From a bacterium (GTDB lineage Bacteria; Electryoneota; RPQS01): DNA of 64,000 nt. The DNA lies in assembly GCA_023382385.1 (NCBI GenBank), contig JAHDVH010000002.1:136219-200218 (forward strand), written 5' to 3'. Positions 28,740-37,714 of this stretch are shown piece after piece. The position numbers were made by a program, and so were the translations under genes. Under the pieces are notes generated by a model that was not told the origin of the DNA, made no database searches, and saw nothing but the letters and a program-made list of their open reading frames with translations. Positions within the stretch are counted from its first letter, which is position 1; every line of letters begins with the position of its first letter.

Positions 28740-28960
28740 CAGTACCCTTTACAATATCAAATATAATTGCCAGCAAAATAGGATGTCAACAGGAGATTGG
28801 TTGAAATGACACAATTCTCTCTTTTGCATCTACTATTACAAACTCTTAAAATTCAATCAGATAAATTGAAAGTCATGTTGATTTAATTCTCGGTAAAAAT
28901 CTTAACTTTCGCTATTCTATCTATTTATTATACTTGACCCATTCATTCAACAATCTGCGT
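28740..28960. promoter_or_regulatory. ~220-bp AT-rich (~30% GC) non-coding island upstream of paralog B
   Basis: Strong compositional contrast with the ~60% GC surroundings. It lies between the start of the 24882..28661 gene and the terminus of the signalling cassette. Confidence 0.5.
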
Positions 28961-29062
28961 CAAACTAACGCCTCCTCTACACTGTGAATCATTTTGCGCA
29001 GAATGCAACCGCCTCGATGGTCGTCGAGGCGGATCATCGCGTTTCCCGAAGGTCTTGAAGAG

Positions 29063-29488
29063 TCAGACGTGCGCCGCACTCCGCAAGGCCTGAAAATACG
29101 ATTTCGTGAACAGGCTCAGATCGTTGCCGGCAGGCGAGAAATCCTTGTACAGAATCGCGCTTGCGCCAAGCGATTTGAGTTCGTCCGACACGGACGGTTG
29201 ATCAAAGATCGGCAATCCTGTCACCACCACCACGCCCGCACGCACATTGTCTTCCAGCAGTTTCATCAGCACGCTGCGCCCGCTCATGCGCGGCATTTCG
29301 AGATCGAGGGACACGACGTCCGGCTTCACGGTCTTGACAGCTTCGAGACACTCGTCTCCGTCCGCCACCGACCCTGCAAACTCGAACCCTTCCTCGCGCT
29401 CCACCAGCGCCTGCAACACCCTGCGCACAACCGGATTGTCATCGGCAATCAAAACTCTCACGTTGCGTCCCCCTTTTGGAACGGACAT
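29063..29488 (-). CDS. single-domain CheY-like response regulator receiver protein
   Basis: 'VRVLIADDNPVVRRVL' ... 'PDVVSLDLEMPRMSG' ... 'VVVVTG' (Asp pocket, phospho-acceptor D, T/K motifs). Confidence 0.8.
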   Translation of the reverse strand: MSVPKGGRNVRVLIADDNPVVRRVLQALVEREEGFEFAGSVADGDECLEAVKTVKPDVVSLDLEMPRMSGRSVLMKLLEDNVRAGVVVVTGLPIFDQPSVSDELKSLGASAILYKDFSPAGNDLSLFTKSYFQALRSAAHV

Positions 29489-29494
29489 TTACAA

Positions 29495-30442
29495 TTACTC
29501 CGCAGTTGCCATCTTGATAAACTCACGGGCACGGTCAATATTTTCTTCGATGTCGGTGACAAACGCCGGGATGTCGAGCGACAGGATTGCGGGATTCTCC
29601 TGCGCCACAACTTCCCACGCGGGGTCCTGCGCCAGATGGGCGTTCACACGTTCGCGCAGACTCTTGCTCAGAATAGCACGCGCCAAACTGGACGCCAGAT
29701 GCACGATTGCCGTCAGGACGCTGTGTTCCGGTGCCAGATGCGGCTGATGATGGTAGCGGATGCTTTCCACAATGGAATTCGGCAGCGACCACTTTTCAGC
29801 CAGCCACGCGCCGACTTCCGCATGGTCCGTGCCGAGCACCTTCTGCTCCGCGACGATTGAGGGAAGTCCCTCCTGCTCCGCGATTTTGAAAGCCTGCCCC
29901 AACTCATTGGGGAAGTATTGATGCAGGACAATTTTACCGATGTTATGCAGCAGTCCGGACGTGAACTCGATACCGTGCAGTCGCATTTGCAGCTTCGAGG
30001 CCAGCACGCGCGCGATTTCACCCGTGCCCGCGCTATGTTCCCAGAATGTCTCGCGCGAAAAAGCCGTGCCGCCGTCCAGCACGGGGAAAGCCTTGAACAC
30101 CGAAATCGATGTCACCAGATTTGAGACTTCGCGCATCCCCAGCACGACAAGCGCCATGTTCAGCGATTCGACTCGCCGCGGCATGCCGTAGAACGCGCTG
30201 TTCGAAACGCGCAGGATTTTGCTCGTCATGGACGGATCGTTGCGAATGATCCGCACGATTTCCGACATCCCCGCCAGCGGATCGTTCGCGAGCCGCGAGA
30301 CTTCCATCGCCAGCAGCGGCAGCGTCGGCAAGTCATGCGCATCCCGCAGCCGCTGCATCACAAATTTGCTCCGCGCGGAGTCTCCTGTGATCAGGTCATC
30401 TGCCGTCGGGACGGAAACGAAACTATGCGAAGAGTGATTCAT
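29495..30442 (-). CDS. HDOD-domain signalling protein
   Basis: 'LPTLPLLAMEVSRLANDP...EIVRIIRNDPSMTSKILRVSNSAFYG...LGTDHAEVGAWLAEKWSLP' matches the HDOD (HD-related output domain) pattern. Start set at the internal ATG 30442 (MNHSSH). Confidence 0.8.
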   Translation of the reverse strand: MNHSSHSFVSVPTADDLITGDSARSKFVMQRLRDAHDLPTLPLLAMEVSRLANDPLAGMSEIVRIIRNDPSMTSKILRVSNSAFYGMPRRVESLNMALVVLGMREVSNLVTSISVFKAFPVLDGGTAFSRETFWEHSAGTGEIARVLASKLQMRLHGIEFTSGLLHNIGKIVLHQYFPNELGQAFKIAEQEGLPSIVAEQKVLGTDHAEVGAWLAEKWSLPNSIVESIRYHHQPHLAPEHSVLTAIVHLASSLARAILSKSLRERVNAHLAQDPAWEVVAQENPAILSLDIPAFVTDIEENIDRAREFIKMATAE

Positions 30443-30459
30443 GAAATCTCCAATAATGA

Positions 30460-30924
30460 TCATACATCGAGAGATGTATTTAACTTGTCCAGGTTCAGCC
30501 AGAATACGTCGCCGTAGCGCGTGACGGTGCGCGCGCGGACGGGCAGCGGGGCGACAGACAGCTCCTGATGCAGCCACGCGCGCGGATGAACCGGGATCAC
30601 TTCATCGGCGTGATCAAACGCCAACCCAAGCGGACCGTCCACCGTGTCCACCAGTGCGATAGTCGCAGAGCCGTTACGGTGTGAATTTTCTGTTCCGATG
30701 ACATGACGCATGTCAAGCACCGGCACTCGACCGAACGCCAGTTGAACTTCTCCGGAATAGTCCGGATTCGACGTGGGAATCAGGGGTAATCCTACGAACA
30801 GACCGCGCACTTCGTCCACGGTCAGGCCAACCCGCCAGCCACCTAAGCGGAAGCACACGAGTTTTGTGGGGGGTGCGGCGGGCGCGGCTGCGGGCCGCCG
30901 GCGAATGGGAGGTGCTGAGACCAT
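30460..30924 (-). CDS. CheW-like adaptor domain protein
   Basis: 'LVCFRLGGWRVGLTVDEVRGL' is a CheW-like core; the N-terminus is Pro/Ala-rich. Confidence 0.7.
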   Translation of the reverse strand: MVSAPPIRRRPAAAPAAPPTKLVCFRLGGWRVGLTVDEVRGLFVGLPLIPTSNPDYSGEVQLAFGRVPVLDMRHVIGTENSHRNGSATIALVDTVDGPLGLAFDHADEVIPVHPRAWLHQELSVAPLPVRARTVTRYGDVFWLNLDKLNTSLDV

Positions 30925-30925
30925 C

Positions 30926-31120
30926 TTATTGCTGCTTTAGTTTTTTCTCGAGTCCCAGCAGCAGACGTGCGGCAATTCTGTTGGGGCTGGACTTGCCGTT
31001 CTCCCAACGGTTGACCGTTGAAAAGGTCACGCCGATGAGATGTGCGAAGTCTTCCTGTGTCAGCTGCATGCGCTGCCGGATCTGGCGGATACGCTCAGCG
31101 TCCATTCTCATTTGTTCCAA
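30926..31120 (-). CDS. XRE-family helix-turn-helix transcriptional regulator (64 aa)
   Basis: 'IRQRMQLTQEDFAHLIGVTFSTVNRWENGKSSP' is a Cro/C1-type HTH. Confidence 0.7.
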   Translation of the reverse strand: MEQMRMDAERIRQIRQRMQLTQEDFAHLIGVTFSTVNRWENGKSSPNRIAARLLLGLEKKLKQQ

Positions 31121-31342
31121 TGGTTTCTCCGGTCTGAAGGTACTTTGTGTTCATAACCATGACTCAATGTGCAATCAGTGGGCCATTGCGAACCCTATAG
31201 CTCGCACGTGTTCGGGATTACACATAAAAGTATATAAAATCAGTAAGTTAGAAAATGATGGGTGCGCCATACTGTGACTTATCTTAGAAAGTCTACCCTT
31301 CCTTCTGCGTCTCTCGCGAGCGCGTTGCCCTGCAACTCGGGC

Positions 31343-31370
31343 AAAAAAAAGACCCGGCAGCGGACGGGTC
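31343..31370 (-). terminator. intrinsic terminator for the 31417..32046 gene
   Basis: gacccg/cgggtc stem preceded on the + strand by an A8 tract (a T-tract on the minus strand). Confidence 0.6.
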
Positions 31371-31416
31371 ATGAACGGTTAGTTACAGGATAGCATGCGG
31401 GTCCGGCCCGCCGGAA

Positions 31417-32046
31417 TCAGTCCGCATACAAACCTCCGGTTTGCTCCAGCCAATTCGCGATCTCGTCTGACAGAGTGGGAATATCATCAGACGTCACATC
31501 CAGTCTGAGCACCGGCAGCATGCTTCGTTGGGCAAGTTCGATCAAATACTCCTGTTCACGAAGGAAAATGGATAGATTGTCATACTGCGCAGGATTGCCG
31601 GACACTTTCAGACGTTCTTCGCGCGCCGCCTCGAATGTTCCGGGACGCCGCACACAAAGGATAATCCGGAAACCGAGCGGCAGCAGACGCTCCTCCAGCC
31701 AGCGGAAATCATAGTCGCGCTGGCAATACAGGTGCTGGTGCATGATAGTTGAGAGATGAAAGCGGTCGACAATCCACGAGTAGTAGCGCAGCAATTCAAA
31801 CAGTCTCGCCCACGTGGCATACGTTTCCAGTGCCATTGACTCTTCCTGCGGCTCGAAGTTTATCAATCCTCGACCCCACGGAAAATTCGAGAACGCGCAC
31901 CACTCGCCGGACACGAGCGGTGACGGATAGCGATACTTGCGCGGCCCGACGATACGGGGATGCTCGTTCAGGGCAAACGCCAAGTCAGTTTTGTGCGTCA
32001 GGCGGGTGCCTTCGAGCAGGATCTTGGGAACGAGCTTTCGGCTCAT
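31417..32046 (-). CDS. hypothetical protein (no recognisable family)
   Basis: A 209-aa ORF whose start overlaps the tatC stop by 4 bp; no motifs I can assign. Confidence 0.5.
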   Translation of the reverse strand: MSRKLVPKILLEGTRLTHKTDLAFALNEHPRIVGPRKYRYPSPLVSGEWCAFSNFPWGRGLINFEPQEESMALETYATWARLFELLRYYSWIVDRFHLSTIMHQHLYCQRDYDFRWLEERLLPLGFRIILCVRRPGTFEAAREERLKVSGNPAQYDNLSIFLREQEYLIELAQRSMLPVLRLDVTSDDIPTLSDEIANWLEQTGGLYAD

Positions 32047-32777
32047 GAGGGCTTGCTGGTCTTCTTGCGGCGCGCTTCCAGCAGCACACCGATCCAGATG
32101 GCGGTTTCATAGAGAACAATCATGGGCGCCACCATCAGCATCATGGTCAGCGCGTCGGTGGTGGGAGTCGCCAGCGCGGCCAGAATGAAAATCACGACAA
32201 TCGCGATGCGGCGATGCCTGCGGAAGAATGCCGAACTCACCAGACCTGTGGCTATCAATAGCCCCATCACCAGCGGCAGTTGGAAGATGACGCCAAACGC
32301 CAGCAGCAGGAACAACACCAGACTGATATAGCTGTTGAGCGACCAGAAGTTCTGCAGGCCCACTTCGGCGAACGAACCCAGAAACTGCAGAGCGGTAGGC
32401 AGAATCATCCACGAGAACGCCACGCCGCCCCAGAACAGTATCGTGGAGATGGCCACAATCGGCCACAGCCAGAGTTTTTCTTTCTTGCGCAGTCCCGGTC
32501 CCACAAAACCATACAACTGCCAGGCGACAAACGGTGAGGAGACCAGCAGCCCCAGCAGAATCGCAATCTTGATCTCGATGACGAACCCTTCAGACGGCCC
32601 GAGCAGCGAGAGCGTGCCGGGCACGGCCTCGCGAAACGGCTGCATCAGGAAGTCGCGCGCGCGGTCTGACAGGGCAAAACCGACTCCGGCACCGACGGCC
32701 ACGAACAGCGTGCTGCGCAGTATTCGCTTACGCAGTTCGTCGAGATGGTCCCAGAAAGTTACAGCTTGGTCAGTCAC
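32043..32777 (-). CDS. tatC: twin-arginine translocase subunit TatC
   Basis: 'FWDHLDELRKRIL' N-terminus and six TM helices. Confidence 0.9.
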   Translation of the reverse strand: MTDQAVTFWDHLDELRKRILRSTLFVAVGAGVGFALSDRARDFLMQPFREAVPGTLSLLGPSEGFVIEIKIAILLGLLVSSPFVAWQLYGFVGPGLRKKEKLWLWPIVAISTILFWGGVAFSWMILPTALQFLGSFAEVGLQNFWSLNSYISLVLFLLLAFGVIFQLPLVMGLLIATGLVSSAFFRRHRRIAIVVIFILAALATPTTDALTMMLMVAPMIVLYETAIWIGVLLEARRKKTSKPS

Positions 32778-32848
32778 GTGACGGGGTGGATAGGGCGAAG
32801 GTGGTGGATCTGGTTTTGGGGCAGACTTGCTTTGTTGAGTGTCAGGAG

Positions 32849-33607
32849 TTACTTTGCAGGAGCGGTGCCGCCTAATCCGAACGGATTGAAACGGGTGCCC
32901 TTATCGTAGATGTCCACCTGCTCGCGCCGCTTCAGGAAGCCGACGATTGCATAAGTCATGGGCGTCAGCACGATTTCGACACCGCACTTGAACATGTAGT
33001 TAAAGGCAATCATCAGCCACAGCTCACGCGCGGGAACGATGCCCGCGAAAGCGATCACCACGAACAGTCCGGTATCCACCGCCTGTCCGGCGAGCGTCGA
33101 GCTGATGGTGCGCAGCCACAACACGCGGCCTTGCGTTGCGACTTTCAGTTTAGCCAGAATTACGGAGTTGGTGAACTCGCCGAACAGATAGGCGATTAAC
33201 GAAGCGAGCACGATACGCGGCACAAATCCCAGTATCGCCTCGAAGGCTTCCTGATTCGGCCAGATTGAGGCGGGCGGCATTGCCGCGACGACTGCGAAGG
33301 TCAGAGCGGCGAGCACATTGGCCGCAAATCCCATCCAGATAATCCGCCGCGCCCGTCCGAAGCCGTAGACTTCGGTCAGCACATCGCCGAAAATGTAGCT
33401 CAACGGGAACAGGAACGTCCCGCCGTCAAAGGGAAAGATTCCGAATCCGACGAGCTTGGTTGCCGCGACATTCGAAATCAACAGAATTGCGACGAACAGT
33501 CCACCGATGAGGTCATAGTAGCGCAGACCTTGCGGGAGATCACCGGGCAGAACGATTCTCTGGGAGTCGGGCATGCGGGCTTGGTTAGGGAAGGGACTTG
33601 AATTCAA
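32849..33607 (-). CDS. yhhQ: queuosine precursor transporter, YhhQ/DUF165 family
   Basis: 'SYIFGDVLTEVYGFGRARRIIWMGF' is the YhhQ signature; multi-TM. Alternative start at 33574. Confidence 0.8.
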   Translation of the reverse strand: MNSSPFPNQARMPDSQRIVLPGDLPQGLRYYDLIGGLFVAILLISNVAATKLVGFGIFPFDGGTFLFPLSYIFGDVLTEVYGFGRARRIIWMGFAANVLAALTFAVVAAMPPASIWPNQEAFEAILGFVPRIVLASLIAYLFGEFTNSVILAKLKVATQGRVLWLRTISSTLAGQAVDTGLFVVIAFAGIVPARELWLMIAFNYMFKCGVEIVLTPMTYAIVGFLKRREQVDIYDKGTRFNPFGLGGTAPAK

Positions 33608-33629
33608 TGCGTAGGGAATCTATCAACTC

Positions 33630-34706
33630 TTGGCGGGAAAAGCAACTTTGCGCGACTTCAGCTTTGAGCAGCAGATAGCGGTGCGGGCGAGCGAGCTGGG
33701 GTTCGACCTGTGCGGTGTATCGCGAGCCGAAGCCCCGCAGCGCGGTGCGCATTTCCGCTCGTGGCTTGCCGAAGGCATGGCCGGCACGATGACCTATTTG
33801 AACCGCACGGCGGAACGCAGACTCGACCCGCAGAAGGTGCTGCCGGGAGTTCGCAGTTTCATTTCGGTCGGACAGTCTTATTTCACGGGATTGTTGCCCG
33901 ACGAGGTGCGGCAGGACCCGTCACGCGGGATAATTGCCAGCTACGCATGGGGTCAGGACTATCACGACTTGATGGGGCATGCGCTTGCAGAGCTTGCCGA
34001 CTTTGTGCAGTCACTTGCGCGGGATGTTCAGACGAAGAGCTACGTGGATACAGGGCCGGTGTTGGAGCGCGAAGTCGCAGAGCGCGCGGGGCTGGGATTC
34101 ATCGGGAAGAACACGCTGTTGATTCATCCGCGCATGGGCTCGCAGCTGTTTCTCGGAGAGATCTTGACGACACTCGAGCTTGTGCCGACAAGTGCGCCGC
34201 GGATGCCGTCCTGCGGGAGTTGCACGAGATGTTTGGAGAGTTGTCCGACGTATGCTTTTCCGACTGCGTATGTGCTGGATTCGCGAAAGTGCATTTCTTA
34301 CCTGACAATTGAGTATCGCGGCTCTATTCCAATTGAGCTTCGCTCAAGAATAGGCAATCATGTCTTCGGCTGCGACGATTGTCAGACTTGCTGTCCGTGG
34401 GTGAATCGTTTCTCAACCCGCACACGCCAGCAAGCATACGAGAATGTGCTGGAAAGGAAAGCTCCGAGACTGACAAGACTTGCCAAGCTGACCGAAACTG
34501 AGTTCCTGGAAATGTTCAGAAGGAGTCCGGTGCTCAGACCGAAGTATGAAGGGTTCATGCGGAATGTGGCTGTTGCCCTCGGCAACTGGAAGTCGCGTGA
34601 TGCGCTGGATGCGCTTGCGCCGTTGGCAAATCATGAGAGTTTGCTGGTGCGCGAGCACGCGGAGTGGGCGGTCCGAGCTATTCTTGAAGCGATTGAGGAC
34701 AAGTAA
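33630..34706 (+). CDS. queG: tRNA epoxyqueuosine reductase QueG
   Basis: Two 4Fe-4S motifs 'CGSCTRCLESCP' and 'CDDCQTCCP', plus a C-terminal HEAT-like region. Confidence 0.9.
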   Translation: MAGKATLRDFSFEQQIAVRASELGFDLCGVSRAEAPQRGAHFRSWLAEGMAGTMTYLNRTAERRLDPQKVLPGVRSFISVGQSYFTGLLPDEVRQDPSRGIIASYAWGQDYHDLMGHALAELADFVQSLARDVQTKSYVDTGPVLEREVAERAGLGFIGKNTLLIHPRMGSQLFLGEILTTLELVPTSAPRMPSCGSCTRCLESCPTYAFPTAYVLDSRKCISYLTIEYRGSIPIELRSRIGNHVFGCDDCQTCCPWVNRFSTRTRQQAYENVLERKAPRLTRLAKLTETEFLEMFRRSPVLRPKYEGFMRNVAVALGNWKSRDALDALAPLANHESLLVREHAEWAVRAILEAIEDK

Positions 34707-34923
34707 CGGAAGAAATTCTGCGGACAGCGGAGACCTTGGCGGCAGCGAGGGCCTGGAGCTGAGGTAGAGAAGGCAGACGAATTGGACATAATATACGACA
34801 GAATATAGAAGTTGTCAAGAAAATTTTGGCAAATTAACAAACAAATGTAAACATTTGTTCAGTATGTTATTGCACCGGATTGGCACTGGACTTACACACA
34901 AAACTACCGAAGCCGAGAGGCGT

Positions 34924-34952
34924 TCGAGGATAGAAAAGGGCAGCCGTCGGGC
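34924..34952. terminator. bidirectional intrinsic terminator (queG / NtrC-like gene)
   Basis: aaaa-gggcagcc-gtcg-ggctgccc-ttttt. Confidence 0.7.
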
Positions 34953-34981
34953 TGCCCTTTTTCCGTGGTTTTAGTCGGGAT

Positions 34982-36454
34982 TTACTCGTCTTCGGGATGA
35001 AGGTCAATCCCTAAGTCTTTGGCCTTCTTCCAGAGAGTGGTGCGGTCGATTTGCAGCACGCGCGCGGCTTTCAGCACATGGCCGTTGGCGGCGAGCATCG
35101 CATTCTCGATGAATTGCTTTTCGAAGGCACGGACTGCCTGCTTCAGCGGGCCGAGGGTCATCGCGGCCTCCGGCAACGTGCCGTTTCCGTTGTTCGAGGC
35201 CGGTGCGGAATGCGGCGCCGCCTGGGGCAACGGATAATTGGTCGGCGGAGTCAGACTGTAGTTTTCCGTCGAAGCAATCGGCTGTTTGAGGAACTGCATG
35301 GTCGCCGCAGTGATGGTCGTTCCCGATGACGCGAGAATGGCGCGTTCGATGACGTTTTCCAGTTCGCGGACGTTGCCGGGCCACGGATGCGAAAGCAGCA
35401 TGGCCATCGCGTCGTCAGTGAAGGTGAAGTGTCCCTTCTGCAGGCGGCCGCCGATTTTGTCGAGGAAGTGCGCGCAGAGCATCGGGATGTCTTCCTTGCG
35501 CTCGCGGAGCGGCGGAATCGTGATGGGTACGACATTCAGCCGATAATAGAGATCCATGCGGAAGCGCCCTTCCTGAATCATTCGTTCGAGGTCGCGGTTG
35601 GTCGCCGTGACGACGCGAATGTTGACAGGAATTTTGCGGCTGCCGCCGAGCCGTTCGATTTCGCGATCCTGCAGGACGTTGAGCAGTTTGACCTGCGTGG
35701 AGAGTGAGAGCTCGCCGATTTCATCCAGAAAGATCGTGCCGCCGTTGGCCTGTTCAAACTTTCCGATGCGGGTTTGCTTGGCATCGGTGAAGGCGCCTTT
35801 TTCGTGACCGAAGAGCTCGGATTCGAGCAAGGTTTCTGGCAACGCGGCGCAGTTGACCTTGACGAACGGCTTTTCAGAGCGCGGGCCTTCGAAGTGCAGG
35901 GCACGGGCAACGAGTTCCTTGCCGGCGCCGGTTTCCGCGCGAATCAGGACCGTCGTATCGACGAACGCGACTTCGCGGATAGCATCAAAGACTTTGTGCA
36001 TGGCGGGCGAGCGTCCCACAAGTCCGCCGAGTTTGTGATCCCCGCCGAGCCGGCGCTTGAGCTTTTCCACTTCCCCCACGAGGCGAAGATTGGAAAGCGC
36101 AGCCTCGACCGTCCGCGCGAGCAGACGTGGTTCGAGGGGCTGGGATACAAAGTTAGTGGCGCCGTTCTCCATGGCTTCGACAATCCGCTCGGAGCGATCA
36201 TTCTCCGAGTAGATGACGACGGGCAGGCGCAGGTGACGTGAGCGGATGTCCCCGATCAGGGAGACACCCGAAGTCCCCTTCAAGTCCAAATCACAGAGGA
36301 CGACGTCAACGGTTTCGGTCTCCAGGCGGTTGAGCACATTGCCCGGATCAGTTTCCGTGAGGACGCGATATCCTCCCTCGGCGCGCAGCGAACTCGAGAC
36401 GTGTTCGAGCGCGGAAGTTTCCTCGTCTACAATCAGCAGTGTCGGTTCCGACAT
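34982..36454 (-). CDS. sigma-54-dependent response regulator (NtrC family: receiver + AAA+ + Fis-type HTH)
   Basis: Receiver 'LLIVDEE...DVVLCDLDL'. AAA+ 'RAETGAGKELVARALH', GAFTGA loop 'GHEKGAFTDA', 'ESELFGHEKGAFT'. C-terminal HTH. Start at the internal ATG 36454 (MSEPTLLIVDEE), which has an upstream GGAGA. Confidence 0.9.
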   Translation of the reverse strand: MSEPTLLIVDEETSALEHVSSSLRAEGGYRVLTETDPGNVLNRLETETVDVVLCDLDLKGTSGVSLIGDIRSRHLRLPVVIYSENDRSERIVEAMENGATNFVSQPLEPRLLARTVEAALSNLRLVGEVEKLKRRLGGDHKLGGLVGRSPAMHKVFDAIREVAFVDTTVLIRAETGAGKELVARALHFEGPRSEKPFVKVNCAALPETLLESELFGHEKGAFTDAKQTRIGKFEQANGGTIFLDEIGELSLSTQVKLLNVLQDREIERLGGSRKIPVNIRVVTATNRDLERMIQEGRFRMDLYYRLNVVPITIPPLRERKEDIPMLCAHFLDKIGGRLQKGHFTFTDDAMAMLLSHPWPGNVRELENVIERAILASSGTTITAATMQFLKQPIASTENYSLTPPTNYPLPQAAPHSAPASNNGNGTLPEAAMTLGPLKQAVRAFEKQFIENAMLAANGHVLKAARVLQIDRTTLWKKAKDLGIDLHPEDE

Positions 36455-36826
36455 TTTCCGGGTCTCCCGTTTCCAATGTCCATTCGTTACTATCCATAAT
36501 ACATCCTTTCCCTCGGCAAAAGCTGGGCCGAGCTGATACATCGCAACCTCCTTGTTCATCCGTTACAACATCGGGAAAGCCCCGAGAACTGAATCTGCTA
36601 TCCTCCTTGAAATACAGGGGAAGGGTTAGTTTGTCAACATAACAGTTTGCAGAGCAAAAGCCAAAGAGTCAAGGGAAAAGGGCTAAAAATGTCGAGAACT
36701 TTCTACGGGGAATAAAGACTCCAAATTTGACAATTCAGGCTCAGGAAGGTATATTTCTAATTCGGGAATTTTGGGTATGTTGCAAAGGGCAAACGTACCG
36801 GACGGGCTTACAAACTCCATAACAAC

Positions 36827-37714
36827 ATGAATTTCTATACTGGTTTATGGGTCGCGGTGGTGACCCCGTTCAGAAAAGGGCAGATTGACGAGGCGGCCCT
36901 GCAAAATCTGGTCACTGAGCTTGCGAATCGCGGAACAGACGGGTTTGTGCCGCTGGGGACAACCGGGGAAGCATCCGTCCTCTCACGGGAGGAGCGGAGA
37001 CGGGTCATCCAGTTGGTTTTGGAGGCTGCAAAAGGGCGGCCTGTCGTCCCGGGCTGTGGCACAAATTCCACAGAGCAAACGATAGAATTGGTGCGGGAGG
37101 CCAAGCAACTGGGCGTCCAAGGTGCTATGGTTATCACACCGTATTACAACAAACCGACTCAAGAGGGCCTGTATGCCCACTTCAAAGCGGTGCACGACGC
37201 ATCGGATTTGCCGCTGATGCTCTATAATGTGCCGGGTCGGACCAGCGTCAACATGCTTCCGGAGACCGCAGTGCGGCTGGCCGAGCTGCCGAGAGTAGCC
37301 TCTTTGAAAGAGGCTTCAGGCAATCTTGACCAGATTTCCGAGATTTGCCACCGAGTAGAGAGCAAGATAACTGTCCTCTCGGGCGATGATTCGCTGACCC
37401 TGCCGATTCTGGCGGTGGGAGGCGTGGGGGTTGTGTCGGTTGCCGCGCACGTCTGCACGGACGTAATGAAAGGGATGTTGAGCGCGTTTTCGCGGGCGGA
37501 TCTGGAAACCGCAAGGTTGCTGCATCATACGCTGCAGCCGCTGGCGAAGGCGATGTTCCTCGAAACGAGTCCCGCTCCGGTGAAATTCGCACTTTCGGAA
37601 TTAGGGAAGATCGCGAACGAACTGCGCCTGCCGCTGGTGCCGGTCAAGGCCGAAACGGAGGCCAAGATTCGCGCAGCTATCGCAGCGTATCTGGAGCCGG
37701 TCTATGTCGCATAG
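36827..37714 (+). CDS. dapA: 4-hydroxy-tetrahydrodipicolinate synthase
   Basis: 'VTPF...VPLGTTGE' and 'YYNKPTQEGLYAHF' match DapA. Confidence 0.9.
   Translation: MNFYTGLWVAVVTPFRKGQIDEAALQNLVTELANRGTDGFVPLGTTGEASVLSREERRRVIQLVLEAAKGRPVVPGCGTNSTEQTIELVREAKQLGVQGAMVITPYYNKPTQEGLYAHFKAVHDASDLPLMLYNVPGRTSVNMLPETAVRLAELPRVASLKEASGNLDQISEICHRVESKITVLSGDDSLTLPILAVGGVGVVSVAAHVCTDVMKGMLSAFSRADLETARLLHHTLQPLAKAMFLETSPAPVKFALSELGKIANELRLPLVPVKAETEAKIRAAIAAYLEPVYVA

Noticed and set aside
28994-29860. 288-aa + strand ORF
   Set aside because: It is entirely antisense to the well-supported receiver and HDOD genes, has no motifs and has Arg/His-rich high-GC antisense composition. It is a shadow ORF.
36560-36826. 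Possible lysine riboswitch or sigma-54 promoter upstream of dapA
   Set aside because: No L-box landmarks found by eye. The TGG..TTGC-like string has the wrong GG-GC spacing (7-8 nt instead of 10).
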